Below, piece by piece: positions 8,901-17,324 of a stretch of DNA of 32,000 bases. A program made the translations under genes and the position numbers. Under the pieces are notes generated by a model, which was given only the letters and a program-made list of their open reading frames with translations, searched no databases and had not been told where the DNA came from. The stretch comes from Candidatus Velamenicoccus archaeovorus (lineage in GTDB: Bacteria > Omnitrophota > Gorgyraeia > Velamenicoccales > Velamenicoccaceae). Every line of letters begins with the position of its first letter. Positions within the stretch are counted from its first letter, which is position 1. Where the stretch lies: contig NZ_CP019384.1 in NCBI RefSeq assembly GCF_004102945.1, positions 810,001-842,000 on the forward strand, in the 5' to 3' direction.

Positions 8901-9896
8901 TTACTCGATGGGGATAACGATCTTTGTGCCTACCTTCAGTTTGTTGGGATTCTTGATGCGGTCTTTGTTGATCTCGTAGAGGTATTTCCACCGGTGGCCG
9001 CTACCGAGTTCCGCCTTGGCGATAGACCACAGAGAGTCGTTTTTCTTGACGGTGTATTCTTTGGTCGCGACCTGGACGGCGCTTTCTACCGTTTCTTTCT
9101 CAACAACTTTGTTTTCTGGGGAGCTTTCTTCCGTCACAACCTGTTCCTGCGAGGCGGCTTCTCCCGGAGCCTCTCCTTGATAGGGGATCATGACCTCTTC
9201 GACCTCTGCGATCATGAATTGCGCATTGCGGTCTTTTTGCATCCCGACGATGTCTGTGACGGGCGCGACGGCATCCAGCTTGCCGCGGCTGATGATGCGT
9301 ATCCTCTCTTCATCCACGCCCTGGCCGACGAGAAAATTCTGCACGGCCTCCGCCCTCTTGCGGCCGAGTTTTTCATTATAGGCTTCGGAACCCCGCGTAT
9401 CGCAGTTTCCTGTCACGAGGATATCGGAATCGGGATTGCGCCGGAGAGTCTGTGCGGCGTCTTTCAGAATGACCGCTGCGTCCTCCCGGATCGTGCTCTT
9501 GTTGTAGTCAAAATAGATTTTGACATTTTTGATGATCTTTTTGATCACAAGAGAAGGTCTGAGTTCCTGCGGTTTGGGGGCAGGCAACTCATCCGATTTA
9601 TAATCGTAGATGATCTTGTAGACATACACATAACCACGGTTGCCCCATAGCGGTCCTTCCTGACCTGGCTGGGTTGGCCACCACCAATAGCCGCCGCGCT
9701 GGGCGTCTTTGACGGGTTCCGGCTTTGCGTCCGTTGGCCACCAGGAGAATTTTTCCTGGGTGTTCTGGATGTCTGTTTTTCTTTTTTCTTCCTTGGTGGA
9801 AGCTGCGGCTGTGCCGTAAACGGACAGAAGGGCGCAGCAGAGCATGGCAAAGCAGGTTTTTAGGCCGATCTTTTTAAGAAATGCGCGGGCGAACAT
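8901..9896 (-). CDS. OmpA-family peptidoglycan-associated protein with C-terminal LysM domain
   Basis: 331-aa ORF. Signal peptide, OmpA_C motif NCDTRGSEAYNEKLGRKRAEAV, and a LysM domain YTVKKNDSLWSIAKAEL...LKVGTKIVIP. Confidence 0.85.
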   Translation of the reverse strand: MFARAFLKKIGLKTCFAMLCCALLSVYGTAAASTKEEKRKTDIQNTQEKFSWWPTDAKPEPVKDAQRGGYWWWPTQPGQEGPLWGNRGYVYVYKIIYDYKSDELPAPKPQELRPSLVIKKIIKNVKIYFDYNKSTIREDAAVILKDAAQTLRRNPDSDILVTGNCDTRGSEAYNEKLGRKRAEAVQNFLVGQGVDEERIRIISRGKLDAVAPVTDIVGMQKDRNAQFMIAEVEEVMIPYQGEAPGEAASQEQVVTEESSPENKVVEKETVESAVQVATKEYTVKKNDSLWSIAKAELGSGHRWKYLYEINKDRIKNPNKLKVGTKIVIPIE

Positions 9897-9928
9897 AGCT
9901 ACTTCTCCTTTTGACTAAGCCGGGATGT

Positions 9929-10390
9929 TTACTGTTGCTGTGTTTCCGATGGCTGTGTTTCAGAATTAAGATATTTTTTCAAAAGATCCCAGGTTTGCGG
10001 CCCGACGACCCCATCGACGGACAGATTGTTGGCTGTCTGGAATTCCTCGACAGCCTTTTTCGTTTTTGGGCCGAATTTTCCATCGATGTCGCCTGCGTAA
10101 TAGCCTGCGTTCTTCAGGGCTGTTTGGATCTCTTTTTTTGTCGGTTTTTCCGGAACGACAACTGTCGGCACCGCCGCCGCCGGCGCTATGGCGGGGTTCT
10201 GAGAGCTGCCTCTCGGTATCTCCATCGTTAGAGAAGACGGGGCAGGCGAAGAGGAAGTGTCAGGAGGTGCGGGCGCAGGAGAAGCCGCCGGCACGGCTGC
10301 CTCGACGTTTTGTTCCGTGGGCTGCGCTTCCATGGTTTTGCAACCGACCAAGAAAAAAAGCATACCTGCGATCACCAGACCTGTTTTCAT
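9929..10390 (-). CDS. lipoprotein with peptidoglycan-binding (PG_binding_1) domain
   Basis: 153-aa ORF. Lipobox LFFLVGC, a Pro/Ala-rich linker, then LKNAGYYAGDIDGKFGPKTKKAVEEFQTANNLSVDGVVGPQTW. RBS is AGGGAGG. Confidence 0.8.
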   Translation of the reverse strand: MKTGLVIAGMLFFLVGCKTMEAQPTEQNVEAAVPAASPAPAPPDTSSSPAPSSLTMEIPRGSSQNPAIAPAAAVPTVVVPEKPTKKEIQTALKNAGYYAGDIDGKFGPKTKKAVEEFQTANNLSVDGVVGPQTWDLLKKYLNSETQPSETQQQ

Positions 10391-10487
10391 AACGCCTCCC
10401 TAGAAGTGTAAGATATTCTCAGCCGCCCCGGAGAACGCAGAGCGTCTTTTTCAGGGCAACAGCTTTATTTTCAGCGAGTTAAGGCTG

Positions 10488-10515
10488 ATTATAGCAATCC
10501 CCCATACCCTGTCAA
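10488..10515 (-). promoter_or_regulatory. consensus sigma70 promoter for the PG-binding lipoprotein/OmpA-LysM genes
   Basis: Minus strand reads TTGACA-16 nt-TATAAT (ttgacagggtatgggggattgctataat), about 95 nt upstream of the ATG at 10390. Confidence 0.6.
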
Positions 10516-10559
10516 GCGATACTTGGAATAGGTCTTTTGTTCCTTCGCGAGCGTTCTAT

Positions 10560-11282
10560 TTATTTTTCTGAAATGATCCTGGAAAGATTTTTTTCAATAA
10601 AATCCAGGAGTTTTTGCTGGTCGGATTGAGAGATCTTATGGAATTCTACGCCGACGCCTGGATAGAGATGCGGTTGAATGTGTTTATCGGGGAGCCAGAC
10701 GACTTTAACGTCGAGCACGAGAGGCGTTTCTTTTTGGGAGAGTTGCATCGTAAGGACGAATTCATCGCCCAGATTGAACTGCTGACATCCGAAGATGTAG
10801 GCGCCGATGCCGCTGAGGTTCACAATTTCAGCCTTCTGGCAGACCTGATTTTTTTGATGCTTGGGCCGCAGTTCGATCTTGATGTCGATGGGGAGGCGTT
10901 TGAAACGTCTGCGCAACTGGAGTTTTTGGATGTTTTCTATGATTTGGTCCTCGTTGAAGGCCGCTAATGCGATTTCTTCCGTCGGATGCATGTCGATCAC
11001 GCGGTCCAGCCCTGCGACAGATAGGACATTTTTGACGTGAACGGGGATTTGGCAGAATTTCATCCGGCCGTTGCTGTTAGTGACTTCCTTGTACGCCAAG
11101 ACGAGGGCGGAGATGCCCATGTAATCGATGGCATCGACTTCGTCAAAATTGCAGAGGATGTCCGTAAGGCCGTCGTGCAGGCATTGGCCGACGCATTCGA
11201 CAAAATGGGCCGCATTTACATCGATGCGGCCTATCAGGTCAAGAATGATGATGTTGTTTTTTTGGCGTGCGCGGATCTCCAT
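10560..11282 (-). CDS. STAS (anti-sigma-antagonist-like) + PilZ two-domain protein
   Basis: 240-aa ORF. The N-terminal ~110 aa are STAS-like (IIILDLIGRIDVNAAHF...AIDYMGISALVLAYKE...VKNVLSVAGLDRV). The C-terminal part has PilZ motifs RRRFKRLP (RxxxR) and IVNLSGIGAYIF (D/NxSxxG). Confidence 0.75.
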   Translation of the reverse strand: MEIRARQKNNIIILDLIGRIDVNAAHFVECVGQCLHDGLTDILCNFDEVDAIDYMGISALVLAYKEVTNSNGRMKFCQIPVHVKNVLSVAGLDRVIDMHPTEEIALAAFNEDQIIENIQKLQLRRRFKRLPIDIKIELRPKHQKNQVCQKAEIVNLSGIGAYIFGCQQFNLGDEFVLTMQLSQKETPLVLDVKVVWLPDKHIQPHLYPGVGVEFHKISQSDQQKLLDFIEKNLSRIISEK

Positions 11283-11302
11283 TTGGAGGCGGATGACGGA
11301 TC

Positions 11303-11689
11303 CTAGTGTAAATCTTTGTGCGTCCGGATCGATGCTTTGATGATGCGCCCCAGTTCTTCAAAACTGGATGTCTTCGGAAAGAAACCTGATACCCCCAGAG
11401 AAATGGCTTCGGTCATTCTTTCTTCTTTGGGGTATCCCGTGACCATCACGACGGGCAAGGAGGTATTAAAGCTGCGGATTTCTCTCAGAACGGCCATGCC
11501 ATCCATGCCGGGCATCTGGATGTCCAAAAAGACGATGTCCAGGGGTGTGTTCTTGATCAAAGTGAGCGCTTCTTCGCCGGAATAGCAGACATGCACGCGA
11601 TGGTGCTTGGTCTCCAGCCAATACGACATCGATTCGCAGAATTCCGCTTCGTTATCAACAAGCAATATGTCGAGAGATTTGTCTTCCAT
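11303..11689 (-). CDS. single-domain response regulator (CheY-like receiver)
   Basis: 128-aa ORF. ILLVDNE, phospho-acceptor context IVFLDIQMPGMDG, VVMVTGY and GFFPKT are the canonical REC landmarks. Confidence 0.85.
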   Translation of the reverse strand: MEDKSLDILLVDNEAEFCESMSYWLETKHHRVHVCYSGEEALTLIKNTPLDIVFLDIQMPGMDGMAVLREIRSFNTSLPVVMVTGYPKEERMTEAISLGVSGFFPKTSSFEELGRIIKASIRTHKDLH

Positions 11690-11731
11690 GTCTACAATTA
11701 TAACCTAAAACCGTTATTTTTCTATATCTTT

Positions 11732-12406
11732 TTAAGTTGTTTCCTGCGCCGGTTCTTCTCTCTTCTCCGGTTCAAAACGGCCTTTTTCAGCCTGCCAGAC
11801 ATATGTGTCTTTCTCCAGGATGATCTTTGGTTTTTCCGGTGTTGTCACGATGGCCACCTCGCCGCTGGTGCCGTGGTCGAATACCTGACGGTAGCCTCCC
11901 TCTTGCCACCGGTAGGCGGTAATATCTTTGTAGTGAGTCCCTCCGGGGTTCACAAAGATGATGACAGGCGATTTTGCTTTTTCCAGCGGCGCGACATAAA
12001 CCTGCCCGGGGCGGTCCATGCCTGTCAGGGTCCTGATGAGGTGGTAATTCTTGTCGGGACCCATGTCATAAATCTGGTAGAAGACGTAATTATAGACAGG
12101 CAGGAGTTCTTTTTCGGCCACGCTGAAAGGCTTTGGTTCTTCTTTGGATTTTTCGGGCTCCGTGACATGCATCGCCACAAAACTGATGATGATTTCGGGT
12201 TCCGGGTCGTCATCGAGGTTTGTCTCCAGGTAGGTTTCTTCGTTTTTCCATGACGGGTTATACGAAAGGAGCCAGCCGTCGTATTCGATTTTTTTTGGCG
12301 GCGTGACTTTGGGGTCCGCCTGACACGGCTGTGCCTGTGCCAAAAGAAAGACGAGGAGCGGCGTCCAGAAGAGAAAGATCGTTGTGTTTCGGCGTCTTTG
12401 GTTCAT
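11732..12406 (-). CDS. secreted hypothetical protein
   Basis: 224-aa ORF. Signal peptide IFLFWTPLLVFLLAQAQPCQA. No recognisable domain. Its ATG forms an ATGA overlap with the upstream gene's stop. Confidence 0.6.
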   Translation of the reverse strand: MNQRRRNTTIFLFWTPLLVFLLAQAQPCQADPKVTPPKKIEYDGWLLSYNPSWKNEETYLETNLDDDPEPEIIISFVAMHVTEPEKSKEEPKPFSVAEKELLPVYNYVFYQIYDMGPDKNYHLIRTLTGMDRPGQVYVAPLEKAKSPVIIFVNPGGTHYKDITAYRWQEGGYRQVFDHGTSGEVAIVTTPEKPKIILEKDTYVWQAEKGRFEPEKREEPAQETT

Positions 12407-13092
12407 TCTTTTTGCGGGGATTGTAGTTTTTCAATCAGCCGTTCTTTTTCTTTCAGGGCCGCCTCCACTCTTTCAAATTCGATGCGTGAGACCCATTGTC
12501 CTTCGTTCTTGTTGACATTATGTTCTTCGACAATTTTCTTTTGCTGTTCCAAAAGGATCTTCATATTTTTATTCTCTTCCCTGAGGCCCTCGATCGTCGT
12601 TTGGGCCTTGCGCAAGGCGTCTTCAGTCTCCGTTGTTTTTTTCTTCAAGGTTTCGTGTTCGAGGCGCAACTGGGTGAGTTCCGTGTTCTGCCGCCGTCTG
12701 ACGGAGATTTCGCTCTCAAGGGCCTCTTCCTTTGTCGTTAATTCTTTTTTCAGGGAGCTGTGCTCTTCTTTAAGTTTATCGAAGCTTTCGGAGTCAAAGG
12801 CCGCATTCGACCGCTCTTTCAACAATTCTTGTTCGCGGCCGCGTAACCGTTCGCTTTCTTCGCGCGAAGCCTCCAGTTCTTTTTCCAGGGTGGCAATGCG
12901 TTCTTCGTGGTGGAGTATTTTCTTTTGGAGCCCCAGAACGGGGTCGGCGGTCGCAGACTCGCCTTCGGCCGGTTTGGCGGCCAGCATGGTGCCGAGCATT
13001 TTCGAAGAAGCCGGCTCCCTGAGAAGAACGAACACACCGGCACCGATCAGCCCCAGAAATACAAGCCCCATGACGAAAATCAGAAGATCCAT
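12403..13092 (-). CDS. membrane-anchored coiled-coil protein
   Basis: ATG at 13092 (MDLLIFVMGLVFLGLIGAGVFVLL...) is preferred over the track's TTG at 13185. One TM helix, then about 190 aa of E/K/L-rich heptad-like sequence. The + strand ORF 12398..13141 is its shadow. Confidence 0.6.
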   Translation of the reverse strand: MDLLIFVMGLVFLGLIGAGVFVLLREPASSKMLGTMLAAKPAEGESATADPVLGLQKKILHHEERIATLEKELEASREESERLRGREQELLKERSNAAFDSESFDKLKEEHSSLKKELTTKEEALESEISVRRRQNTELTQLRLEHETLKKKTTETEDALRKAQTTIEGLREENKNMKILLEQQKKIVEEHNVNKNEGQWVSRIEFERVEAALKEKERLIEKLQSPQKE

Positions 13093-13102
13093 AATAACAA
13101 AT

Positions 13103-13131
13103 ATTGTACATAAAAAGTCCCCGGATGACAA
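13103..13131 (-). promoter_or_regulatory. sigma70 promoter with extended -10, only 10 nt upstream of the ATG (leaderless-type)
   Basis: Minus strand reads TTGTCA-17 nt (ending TG)-TACAAT, then atttgttatt ATG(13092). No Shine-Dalgarno sequence is possible. Confidence 0.45.
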
Positions 13132-13157
13132 TTCTTTATGAAAGAAGCGCAAGCCTG

Positions 13158-13166
13158 TGGTACAAT
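13158..13166 (+). promoter_or_regulatory. extended -10 element (TGGTACAAT) for the divergent + strand small membrane protein gene
   Basis: TGnTACAAT lies 34 nt upstream of the ATG at 13200, with an AAGGA RBS in between. The -35 is poor (atgaaa). Confidence 0.3.
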
Positions 13167-13199
13167 GCGTTCCATCAGGCGCCAACAGAAAAGGATGCG

Positions 13200-13499
13200 A
13201 TGCTCAAAGAATACAGAACGCAGACAATCTTGGGTGTGTGGGGAGGTTTTTTGTTCGGCGGCCTCGGCTATATCGTCTCCTGTCTCGGATTTTCTTATTT
13301 CTATTTTGGTTACACGATGATGGCGGGGGGCTATATCCTTTTGGCCTGCGGCGGGTATATGTATGGCCGCGGCAAAGGATATGGGTGGCTTGTGAGTTTT
13401 TTGGGAATATTGGGTCCTCTGGGGCTGCTTGTTCTTTATGTCCTGCGCGACAGGAGTGCGTGTGTTTTGAAGAAGCGCCGCAAAGAAGGATTGGTATAG
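13200..13499 (+). CDS. small Gly/aromatic-rich integral membrane protein
   Basis: The internal ATG at 13200 (MLKEYRTQTILGVWGGFLFGGLGYIV...) is preceded by AAGGA. 99 aa with 3 predicted TM segments. The competing minus-strand ORF 13080..13607 lacks any motif and overlaps lexA. Confidence 0.55.
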   Translation: MLKEYRTQTILGVWGGFLFGGLGYIVSCLGFSYFYFGYTMMAGGYILLACGGYMYGRGKGYGWLVSFLGILGPLGLLVLYVLRDRSACVLKKRRKEGLV

Positions 13500-13533
13500 T
13501 TTTTCTTTTGGAAAGGACGGGAAGCGTTTTTGG

Positions 13534-14139
13534 CTAGAATTTTTTGATGACCGCGACGACCCTGCCCAGGATGCTGAAAGGTTCGCGGATATCGGGACAA
13601 GAGACATTGGCCGGCTTCAGGTAGAAGCCGGCCTTGTCTTTTTCGATGGTTTTGATCGTGGCTTCATGGCCGACAAGCGCCGCAACGATCTGGCCGGCAT
13701 CGGCCATGCGTTGACGCCGCACGATAGCGATGTTTCCCGCAGTGATCCCATTGTCCTTCATGCTGTCGTCCTGAACCTTCAAGGCAAAAACCGGTTTTTC
13801 CGGACCCGGGATGAGTTCGTCGAGGTAAACGTATTCATCGACCTCCTCAAGGGAGATATCCGTCATTCCCGTCGCAATGCTGCCGATCACGGGGATCCGG
13901 AAGGCGACAGGCGTCTTGAGATTGATGGCACGCGACTGGCGAGGTGTCAGGGTAATAAACCCTTTGCGCGAGAGACTTTTGAGGTGGCCGCGCGTTGTCC
14001 CCGTGGATTTGAAACCGAAGTGTTTGCCGATTTCCCGGATAGTCGGAGGTCTTCCGGTGTGATTGACGGTTTTTTGGATAAAACCCAGGATGTTTGCCTG
14101 CCGGGCCGTTATGCCGCCGCAGACGCCTGCGCCCTTCAT
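13534..14139 (-). CDS. lexA: LexA repressor (S24 peptidase)
   Basis: 201-aa ORF. Winged-helix N-terminus (LTARQ-like ITARQANILGFI...PPTIREIG). Catalytic Ser in VQDDSMKDNGI and Lys in EATIKTIEK. The cleavage-site region reads IPVIGSIATGMT, i.e. Thr-Gly where Ala-Gly is expected. Confidence 0.9.
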   Translation of the reverse strand: MKGAGVCGGITARQANILGFIQKTVNHTGRPPTIREIGKHFGFKSTGTTRGHLKSLSRKGFITLTPRQSRAINLKTPVAFRIPVIGSIATGMTDISLEEVDEYVYLDELIPGPEKPVFALKVQDDSMKDNGITAGNIAIVRRQRMADAGQIVAALVGHEATIKTIEKDKAGFYLKPANVSCPDIREPFSILGRVVAVIKKF

Positions 14140-14456
14140 GATCTGGCTTTTGAACGCAGCTGTTTATTGACCTCCTGGATTTCGCTGTAAATTTTTAAAA
14201 TGGTTTTATTCTTGAGCTGGTCTGAGGACAAGAGCGGCGCCATGGCTTTCCCCAGTTCGTAGTAAAGTTCTTCGCGCTTGGCCTGCAGGATCAGTTGTTC
14301 GGTTTTTTTCTTTGTCTTGTCGTAGATCGCCAGGAGTTGTTTTTCGCTTTTTTTCAGGGTTTTGAGCGTTTTATGGCTGATCTTGGAAATATTTTTTTGG
14401 GCGTCTGGCCAGACCTCTTCGATTTTTTTCTGGATTGTTTTTTTAAGATCGTTCAT
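14136..14456 (-). CDS. small Lys-rich coiled-coil protein, translationally coupled to lexA
   Basis: ATG at 14456 (MNDLKKTIQKKIEEVW...) is preceded by AAAGGAGA. 106 aa. Its stop overlaps the lexA ATG (ATGA). No recognisable domain. Confidence 0.55.
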   Translation of the reverse strand: MNDLKKTIQKKIEEVWPDAQKNISKISHKTLKTLKKSEKQLLAIYDKTKKKTEQLILQAKREELYYELGKAMAPLLSSDQLKNKTILKIYSEIQEVNKQLRSKARS

Positions 14457-14475
14457 CTGTCTCCTTTCGCTCGGT

Positions 14476-14859
14476 TTAGAATTTAACGACGTAACCAACC
14501 TTTGCGCCTTCCTGGTCCTGGAGATCCGTCGTCCGGAAATCAGGACGGCTTCCTTTGATCTGGGCGGGAAACTGGTTTTGGATTATCTTGTCAAATTCCA
14601 TGTTGTTCTTGATCGAGTCGTAGGCCTGGGCGACCCTCAGGATGGGTTTTTCGCCGACAGCCAGATTGACGATACGGTTAGGGACGCTGCGGTAGAAGAA
14701 CAAGGGATTCGGTTCCGACAGCGAGAGCTGGATGACATTCAAAAGGAGGTATTCTCCGATGATGACAACAATACCCATCTGGAGGATTTTTTTTGATGTT
14801 TTGCGCAAGGCGTTTTTGGCCCGCGATTTTCTGTAATTCCTGCTTTTGATCTCTGTCAT
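14476..14859 (-). CDS. hypothetical protein with basic N-terminus and one TM helix
   Basis: Start is uncertain: ATG at 14859 (MTEIKSRNYRKSRAKN...) versus the track's TTG at 14913. First gene downstream of the promoter at 14956..14984. Confidence 0.45.
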   Translation of the reverse strand: MTEIKSRNYRKSRAKNALRKTSKKILQMGIVVIIGEYLLLNVIQLSLSEPNPLFFYRSVPNRIVNLAVGEKPILRVAQAYDSIKNNMEFDKIIQNQFPAQIKGSRPDFRTTDLQDQEGAKVGYVVKF

Positions 14860-14955
14860 GGCTTCTCGGTATCCCTGCCTCGCGGGAGGGTCATTCTTAG
14901 CCCGTGGGCCCAAAAAGATTTTAAAGAAATGAATAAACTCTTTCTTTTATATATT

Positions 14956-14984
14956 ATTATGGACTTGAACCCAGGGGGTGTCAA
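14956..14984 (-). promoter_or_regulatory. sigma70 promoter of the lexA-containing operon
   Basis: Minus strand reads TTGACA-17 nt-CATAAT (ttgacaccccctgggttcaagtccataat), in the 78-nt gap after the acyl-CoA ligase stop. Confidence 0.5.
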
Positions 14985-14991
14985 TAGAAAC

Positions 14992-16551
14992 TCATCCGGT
15001 TCTGTGCGGTGGAGCGATATTTTCTTCGATTAGGATGCGTTTAAGGATCTTGCCGGTTGAGTTTTTCGGGAGTTCCGTCCGGATCTCGATTTTTCTAGGG
15101 ATTTTATAGTCGGCCAGATGCCCGCGCAGGTAAGCGATAATGTCGTGTTCTGTCATTGATCCGGCTGTTTTGAGGACGACATATCCCTTGGGAACCTCCC
15201 CTTTGTGCGGATCGGGAACGCCGATGACCGCCGCTTCCTTGATGCGGGGGTCCCGGTAGAGGACTTCTTCGATCTCGCGCGGATAAACATTCAACCCCCG
15301 GACATTGACCATGTCTTTCTTGCGCCCCATGATGAAGATGTATCCATCCTTGTCGATTTTGGCCATGTCGCCCGTCAAGAGCCATCCTTCCCGGAGGGTC
15401 TGGCGGTTGTCTTCTTCTTTTTTATAGTAGCCGAGCATGACATTTGGTCCCTTCACGCACAATTCTCCTTCTTGTCCTGGGCCGAGAGCTTGTCCGTGTT
15501 CATCGATGATTTTGGCTTTTATGTCCGGGATGGGCAGGCCGATGGATCCGGGCTTGCGTGGTCCTTTGAGCGGATTAAGGGAGACGACAGGAGACGCCTC
15601 TGTCAACCCGTAACCCTCCAAAAGCGGCAGGCGGAATTTTTTTTCAAATCCCAGGAAGACTTCAACGGGAAGGGCCGCGGCCCCGGAAATGGCGAGCCTG
15701 ACGGGGTTTATAAATTTCAGAAGAAACGGCGGCAGGAACGGGGGCAACTTCATTTCTTTGAGGATGCCGTAGATGGACGGGATGCCGACGAATATCGTGA
15801 TGCGGTTTTTACGGATCGTTCTCAGGAGCTTTTTGATCGGCCGGGGCGATTTCATGATGATGGTTTTGGCTCCGGCATCCAGAGGCATCAGCATGCAAAC
15901 GGTCGCTGCGAAAGAGTGGAAGAGCGGTAAAAAAGAGATAAAGGTGTCTTTCGGCGTGACGCGGATGCACCGGGACGATGAGCGGATGTTGGATAACAGG
16001 TTGTTGTGCGTCAGCATGGCGGCCTTGGGATGACCTGTTGTGCCGGATGTGTAGAGGAAGACAGCCGGATCCGCAGGTCTTTTGGGGATGTCGGCGAACC
16101 GGGCCAGAGACGCCTCGACGGGCACTCCTTTTATTTGTGAAGTTTGAAGCACAAACGCCAGACTTGCCGCCATCGTTTTTAATTCATCGGCGACAAGCGT
16201 ATAGGCGGCGGAGGTGACTAATCCCTTTGCCCCTGAATCGTCGAGGATATATTTGACCTCTTCCCTTTTGAACATGTGGTTGATGGGAACGATAATATTG
16301 CGGTTCAGCAGGATTCCGAAGTAGGCATAGACGAATTCCGGAGAATTGTCCAGCAGGATAGCGATCCTCTCTCCTTCTTTTGCCCCCGTCTTCCTTACGG
16401 CGGATGCAACGCGGCAAGACTCCTGGAGGAGTTCTGCATAGCTGATCTCTTTGGAGCCGAAGATCAGCGCTGTCCTGTCCGGGTAATAGCGATGGGCACG
16501 CAGGAGGATATCGATGAGGCTGCCGGAGATATTTTGTTCTTGGAGCATCAT
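14992..16551 (-). CDS. long-chain fatty-acid--CoA ligase / AMP-dependent synthetase
   Basis: ATG at 16551 (MMLQEQN...) forms an ATGA overlap with the uppP stop. AMP-binding signature LYTSGTTGHPKAAMLTH, and later GWLLTGDMAKIDKDGYIFIMGRKKD. Confidence 0.9.
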   Translation of the reverse strand: MMLQEQNISGSLIDILLRAHRYYPDRTALIFGSKEISYAELLQESCRVASAVRKTGAKEGERIAILLDNSPEFVYAYFGILLNRNIIVPINHMFKREEVKYILDDSGAKGLVTSAAYTLVADELKTMAASLAFVLQTSQIKGVPVEASLARFADIPKRPADPAVFLYTSGTTGHPKAAMLTHNNLLSNIRSSSRCIRVTPKDTFISFLPLFHSFAATVCMLMPLDAGAKTIIMKSPRPIKKLLRTIRKNRITIFVGIPSIYGILKEMKLPPFLPPFLLKFINPVRLAISGAAALPVEVFLGFEKKFRLPLLEGYGLTEASPVVSLNPLKGPRKPGSIGLPIPDIKAKIIDEHGQALGPGQEGELCVKGPNVMLGYYKKEEDNRQTLREGWLLTGDMAKIDKDGYIFIMGRKKDMVNVRGLNVYPREIEEVLYRDPRIKEAAVIGVPDPHKGEVPKGYVVLKTAGSMTEHDIIAYLRGHLADYKIPRKIEIRTELPKNSTGKILKRILIEENIAPPHRTG

Positions 16552-17324
16552 TTCAGAAGGAGGAGAAAGGCCGCCCCCGCCAGGACGCAATAATATCCGA
16601 AAACGTGAAAGCGTCCGCCCAGCAGGGCCTTTTTTAGGATGAAGAGGGCCAGGAGGCCGCAAAGGTATGAGGTGATGATGCCCGCTGTCACATCTAGCGG
16701 CCGGTATTCGGCGATTTTCGTCCAGTCGGTATCTTTGGCTTCAAGCGCAAACGCCCCGGCGATCGCCGGGATGGATGCCAGAAAGGAAAAACGGAAGGCT
16801 TGTCCCGGCTCAACTTTTCTCATCAAAAGGGTGCCGATTGTTGAGCCGGATCTTGAGATGCCGGGCGTGATGGCGATACCCTGGCTTAATCCCATGAGAG
16901 CGCTGTCGGCGTAACCCGGCAGGCGGCCGCCTTTTTTGATGAAGCCCGTCGAAAGAATGAAGAGTCCGTTGAGGATCAACAAAGCGCTCACCGGCGCCGG
17001 TGCATTAAAAAAAGATTCAAATGTCTTCTTGAACGTCATTCCGATCATCCCCGTGATTGCGGTGACGATCAGGATGCGCAAGATGGCTTTTGTGTCTTTG
17101 CATGCGGCGACGATGTCTTTATAGAAGAATGTCGCCAGGGCCGCGAGCGTGCCGATATGGAGAGAGACGTCAAGGAAGACAAGATTCTCTTGCAGTCCCA
17201 GGAACCGTTGAATGATGACGAGGTGTCCGGAACTGCTGACCGGCAGGAATTCCGTTATTCCCTGGATGGCTCCGAGGAGGACGATCTTGAGCGTGATCAT
17301 ATAGCTATTTGCCGGATCATTCAT
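16548..17324 (-). CDS. uppP: undecaprenyl-diphosphate phosphatase
   Basis: BacA/UppP hallmark LGAIQGITEFLPVSSSGHL, and a polytopic membrane protein. Start is ambiguous: ATG at 17324 (overlaps the upstream stop) or ATG at 17300. Confidence 0.9.
   Translation of the reverse strand: MNDPANSYMITLKIVLLGAIQGITEFLPVSSSGHLVIIQRFLGLQENLVFLDVSLHIGTLAALATFFYKDIVAACKDTKAILRILIVTAITGMIGMTFKKTFESFFNAPAPVSALLILNGLFILSTGFIKKGGRLPGYADSALMGLSQGIAITPGISRSGSTIGTLLMRKVEPGQAFRFSFLASIPAIAGAFALEAKDTDWTKIAEYRPLDVTAGIITSYLCGLLALFILKKALLGGRFHVFGYYCVLAGAAFLLLLK

Noticed and set aside
13080-13607. 175-aa minus-strand ORF spanning the divergent promoter region
   Set aside because: It overlaps both the lexA 3' end and the coiled-coil gene start and has no motifs or RBS. 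The + strand alternative (13200..13499) has an SD, an extended -10 box and clear TM segments.
14950-15040. tRNA suspected from GGGTTCAAGTCC (T-loop-like) on the minus strand
   Set aside because: The flanking bases cannot form a T-stem (CTGGG versus CCATA). No acceptor or anticodon arms can be drawn. The segment is better explained as a promoter spacer overlapping the acyl-CoA ligase 3' end.
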